64,000 nt of DNA from a virus: IMG/VR virus record IMGVR_UViG_3300023180_000001; one strand, 5' to 3'. Each line of letters starts with the position of its first letter. Positions within the stretch are counted from its first letter, which is position 1. Under the pieces are notes generated by a model that ran no database searches, was not told the origin of the DNA, and saw only the letters and a program-made list of their open reading frames with translations. Shown piece by piece: positions 62,295-64,000 of this stretch. Both the position numbers and the translations under genes were made by a program.

Positions 62295-64000
62295 CAGATC
62301 AGTGGGAAGAATTAAGTAATGAGCGTAAGAAGCTTCAGAGTGAAGGTCATCTCCCTGATTGGTTCACTACTCAGGGGTGGCAAGCCTTTAAAGAGAAGAT
62401 GTTATATAAGTCGGTAGGTTACCGAGGCCACTGTGAGCGCATTGCTCGTACACTGGCTCAGTGGGCACCTAAGACTCCTGCACCTTTCTGGGTTGATCCA
62501 GATATGACGTGGGAGAAAGCATTCTTTAATGTTTTATGGTCTGGAAAGCTTGTGCCAAGCTCACCTGTAGCTTGTAACACAGGGACAGATCGTGGCTTCT
62601 CAGTTAGTTGTTCTGGTGGGTACGTTGGGGATTCTATCTCTAGCTTCTACGAGCGATTGGGTGAAGGGGCTAAATTATCCCAGACAGGTTTTGGGATTTC
62701 GAGCTATCTGGGAGATATCCGTGAGCGCGGAGCACCGTTCAGTAATGGCGAAGGAAAAGCATCGGGTATTCTCCCAGTCCTAGATGACTTCGTGACAATG
62801 GCAGGTAAGGTATCGCAAGGTGGAGCAAGACGTGGAGCATGGGCGGGTTATATCCCAATGGCTCATGGTGATTTCTACGAGAGTGCTATGTTCCTGAAGA
62901 ACAATCCAGATGATTGTAACATTGGGTGGAATGTTTATGACGAGGATATTGATAAGCTGAACCAAGCGGATCCTGACATGACTGATCGTTTCCAAGAGAC
63001 GATGATTGTTAAGGCTATGACGGGTAAAGGTTACTTCATGTTCCCAGACAAGGCTAACCGATTGGCACCTCCAGCGTTGAAGCGTTACAAGACTCCTATT
63101 CGAGCAAGTAACCTCTGCACTGAGATCATGTTACCACAGGATGAGGACTACACCTTCACGTGTGTTCTATCAAGTCTGAACCTTGCAATGTTCGATGAGC
63201 TGACTCCTGAAGACATCTTCACATCCATTGTATTCTTGGATTGTGTTGCCGAGGATTTCATCCAGAAGGCTAAAGATATTCACGAGCTAAGACGTGCAGT
63301 AGCATTCACTCGTGATTTCCGAGCACTAGGTCTTGGAGCACTGGGTTTCCACACATACTTGCAACGTAAGAGTATTGTTCTTGGCAGTGTTCAGAGTTTC
63401 CTTGAGAACACCAAGATCTTTAATAAGATCCGGACCAATGCGGATAATGCAACCAAGTGGTTAGCTGAAGTTCAGGGTGAGCCATCGCGCTGTGAAGGTT
63501 TGGGTGTTCGTAATGCAACACTATTAGCTATTGCCCCTAATACAACATCCGCTTTAGTGGGTGGATCTGTTAGTCAAGGTATTGAGCCAGTGTTTAAGAA
63601 CACTTATACACAAGGAACAGCGGCAGGTGAGATGCTCCGTATTAACCCGGCGTTGATTGAGTTAATGCAGGAGAAGGGAATCTACGATGATGATCATATC
63701 AAGGAGGTTCGTGATGCTGATGGTAGTGTCCAAGATGTAGATTGGTTAACGGAACATGAGAAAGCAGTCTTTAGGACTTTCCCTGAAGTTCCTCAGGAAG
63801 CTTTAATTGATCTAGCATCTGCACGTACACAGATCGACCAGTGGCAGTCATTGAACTTAGCTTTCTCTTCAGATGCATCTGAGGAATATATTGCTTCGGT
63901 TTTCCAGAAAGCTTTCCTTGACAAGAACATCAAAGCTGTGTATTATAGTCGCATGAGTAAGGCCGCGAAGGCTAGCAGCGGCGAATGCATCGCTTGTGAA
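62291..64000 (+). CDS. nrdA: ribonucleotide reductase, class I alpha subunit (3' end beyond window)
   Basis: The ATG at 62291 overlaps the nrdB stop and the frame is open to the window end. It has ASNLCTEI and C..LSSLNL active-site motifs, and ..SSGECIACE near the end. Confidence 0.9.
   Translation, partial: MTDQWEELSNERKKLQSEGHLPDWFTTQGWQAFKEKMLYKSVGYRGHCERIARTLAQWAPKTPAPFWVDPDMTWEKAFFNVLWSGKLVPSSPVACNTGTDRGFSVSCSGGYVGDSISSFYERLGEGAKLSQTGFGISSYLGDIRERGAPFSNGEGKASGILPVLDDFVTMAGKVSQGGARRGAWAGYIPMAHGDFYESAMFLKNNPDDCNIGWNVYDEDIDKLNQADPDMTDRFQETMIVKAMTGKGYFMFPDKANRLAPPALKRYKTPIRASNLCTEIMLPQDEDYTFTCVLSSLNLAMFDELTPEDIFTSIVFLDCVAEDFIQKAKDIHELRRAVAFTRDFRALGLGALGFHTYLQRKSIVLGSVQSFLENTKIFNKIRTNADNATKWLAEVQGEPSRCEGLGVRNATLLAIAPNTTSALVGGSVSQGIEPVFKNTYTQGTAAGEMLRINPALIELMQEKGIYDDDHIKEVRDADGSVQDVDWLTEHEKAVFRTFPEVPQEALIDLASARTQIDQWQSLNLAFSSDASEEYIASVFQKAFLDKNIKAVYYSRMSKAAKASSGECIACE

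Overview
The window is a densely coded segment of a large virulent tailed-phage genome, myovirus-type. Its gene content resembles Felix-O1-like phages, but that is inference only.

Layout:
- 1-5150: small early genes plus an HNH-AP2 homing endonuclease.
- 5162-19132 (+): replication and nucleotide-metabolism module. It holds primase/helicase, a family-A DNA polymerase split by an ORF-less group I intron, an SSB-like protein, FEN/5'-3' exonuclease, a RuvC-like protein, dUTPase, a DnaQ-like exonuclease, RNase H, a Pol-beta-type nucleotidyltransferase and a glutaredoxin.
- 19169-50946 (-): lysis and structural module. It runs M15 endolysin, tail fibres, baseplate, tape measure, a chaperone with a -1 frameshift, tube, sheath, neck, capsid, scaffold, protease, portal and large terminase.
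- 51021-58396 (-): a tRNA cluster. I could fold about 23 cloverleaf tRNAs by hand. The cluster also holds two HNH paralogues, one HNH pseudogene, two tiny basic ORFs and several CCA-terminated segments I could not assign.
- 58600-59097: a non-coding hub with divergent promoters.
- 59098-64000 (+): an OM-like protein, a macrodomain protein, NrdB and NrdA (3' partial).

The most unusual region is 54955-57555 (-). A DUF2828/vWA protein, possibly Ro60/TROVE-related, is preceded by a tandem array of eight structured RNA modules. Each module is closed by a different, perfectly complementary 7-bp helix set in conserved junction sequence. Five modules contain circularly permuted tRNA-like cores, and one carries an isolated tRNA-Lys-type anticodon hairpin. 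This looks like a phage Y-RNA-like / tRNA-mimic RNP or decoy system.

All calls were made by eye from the sequence and the ORF track. No searches were run.
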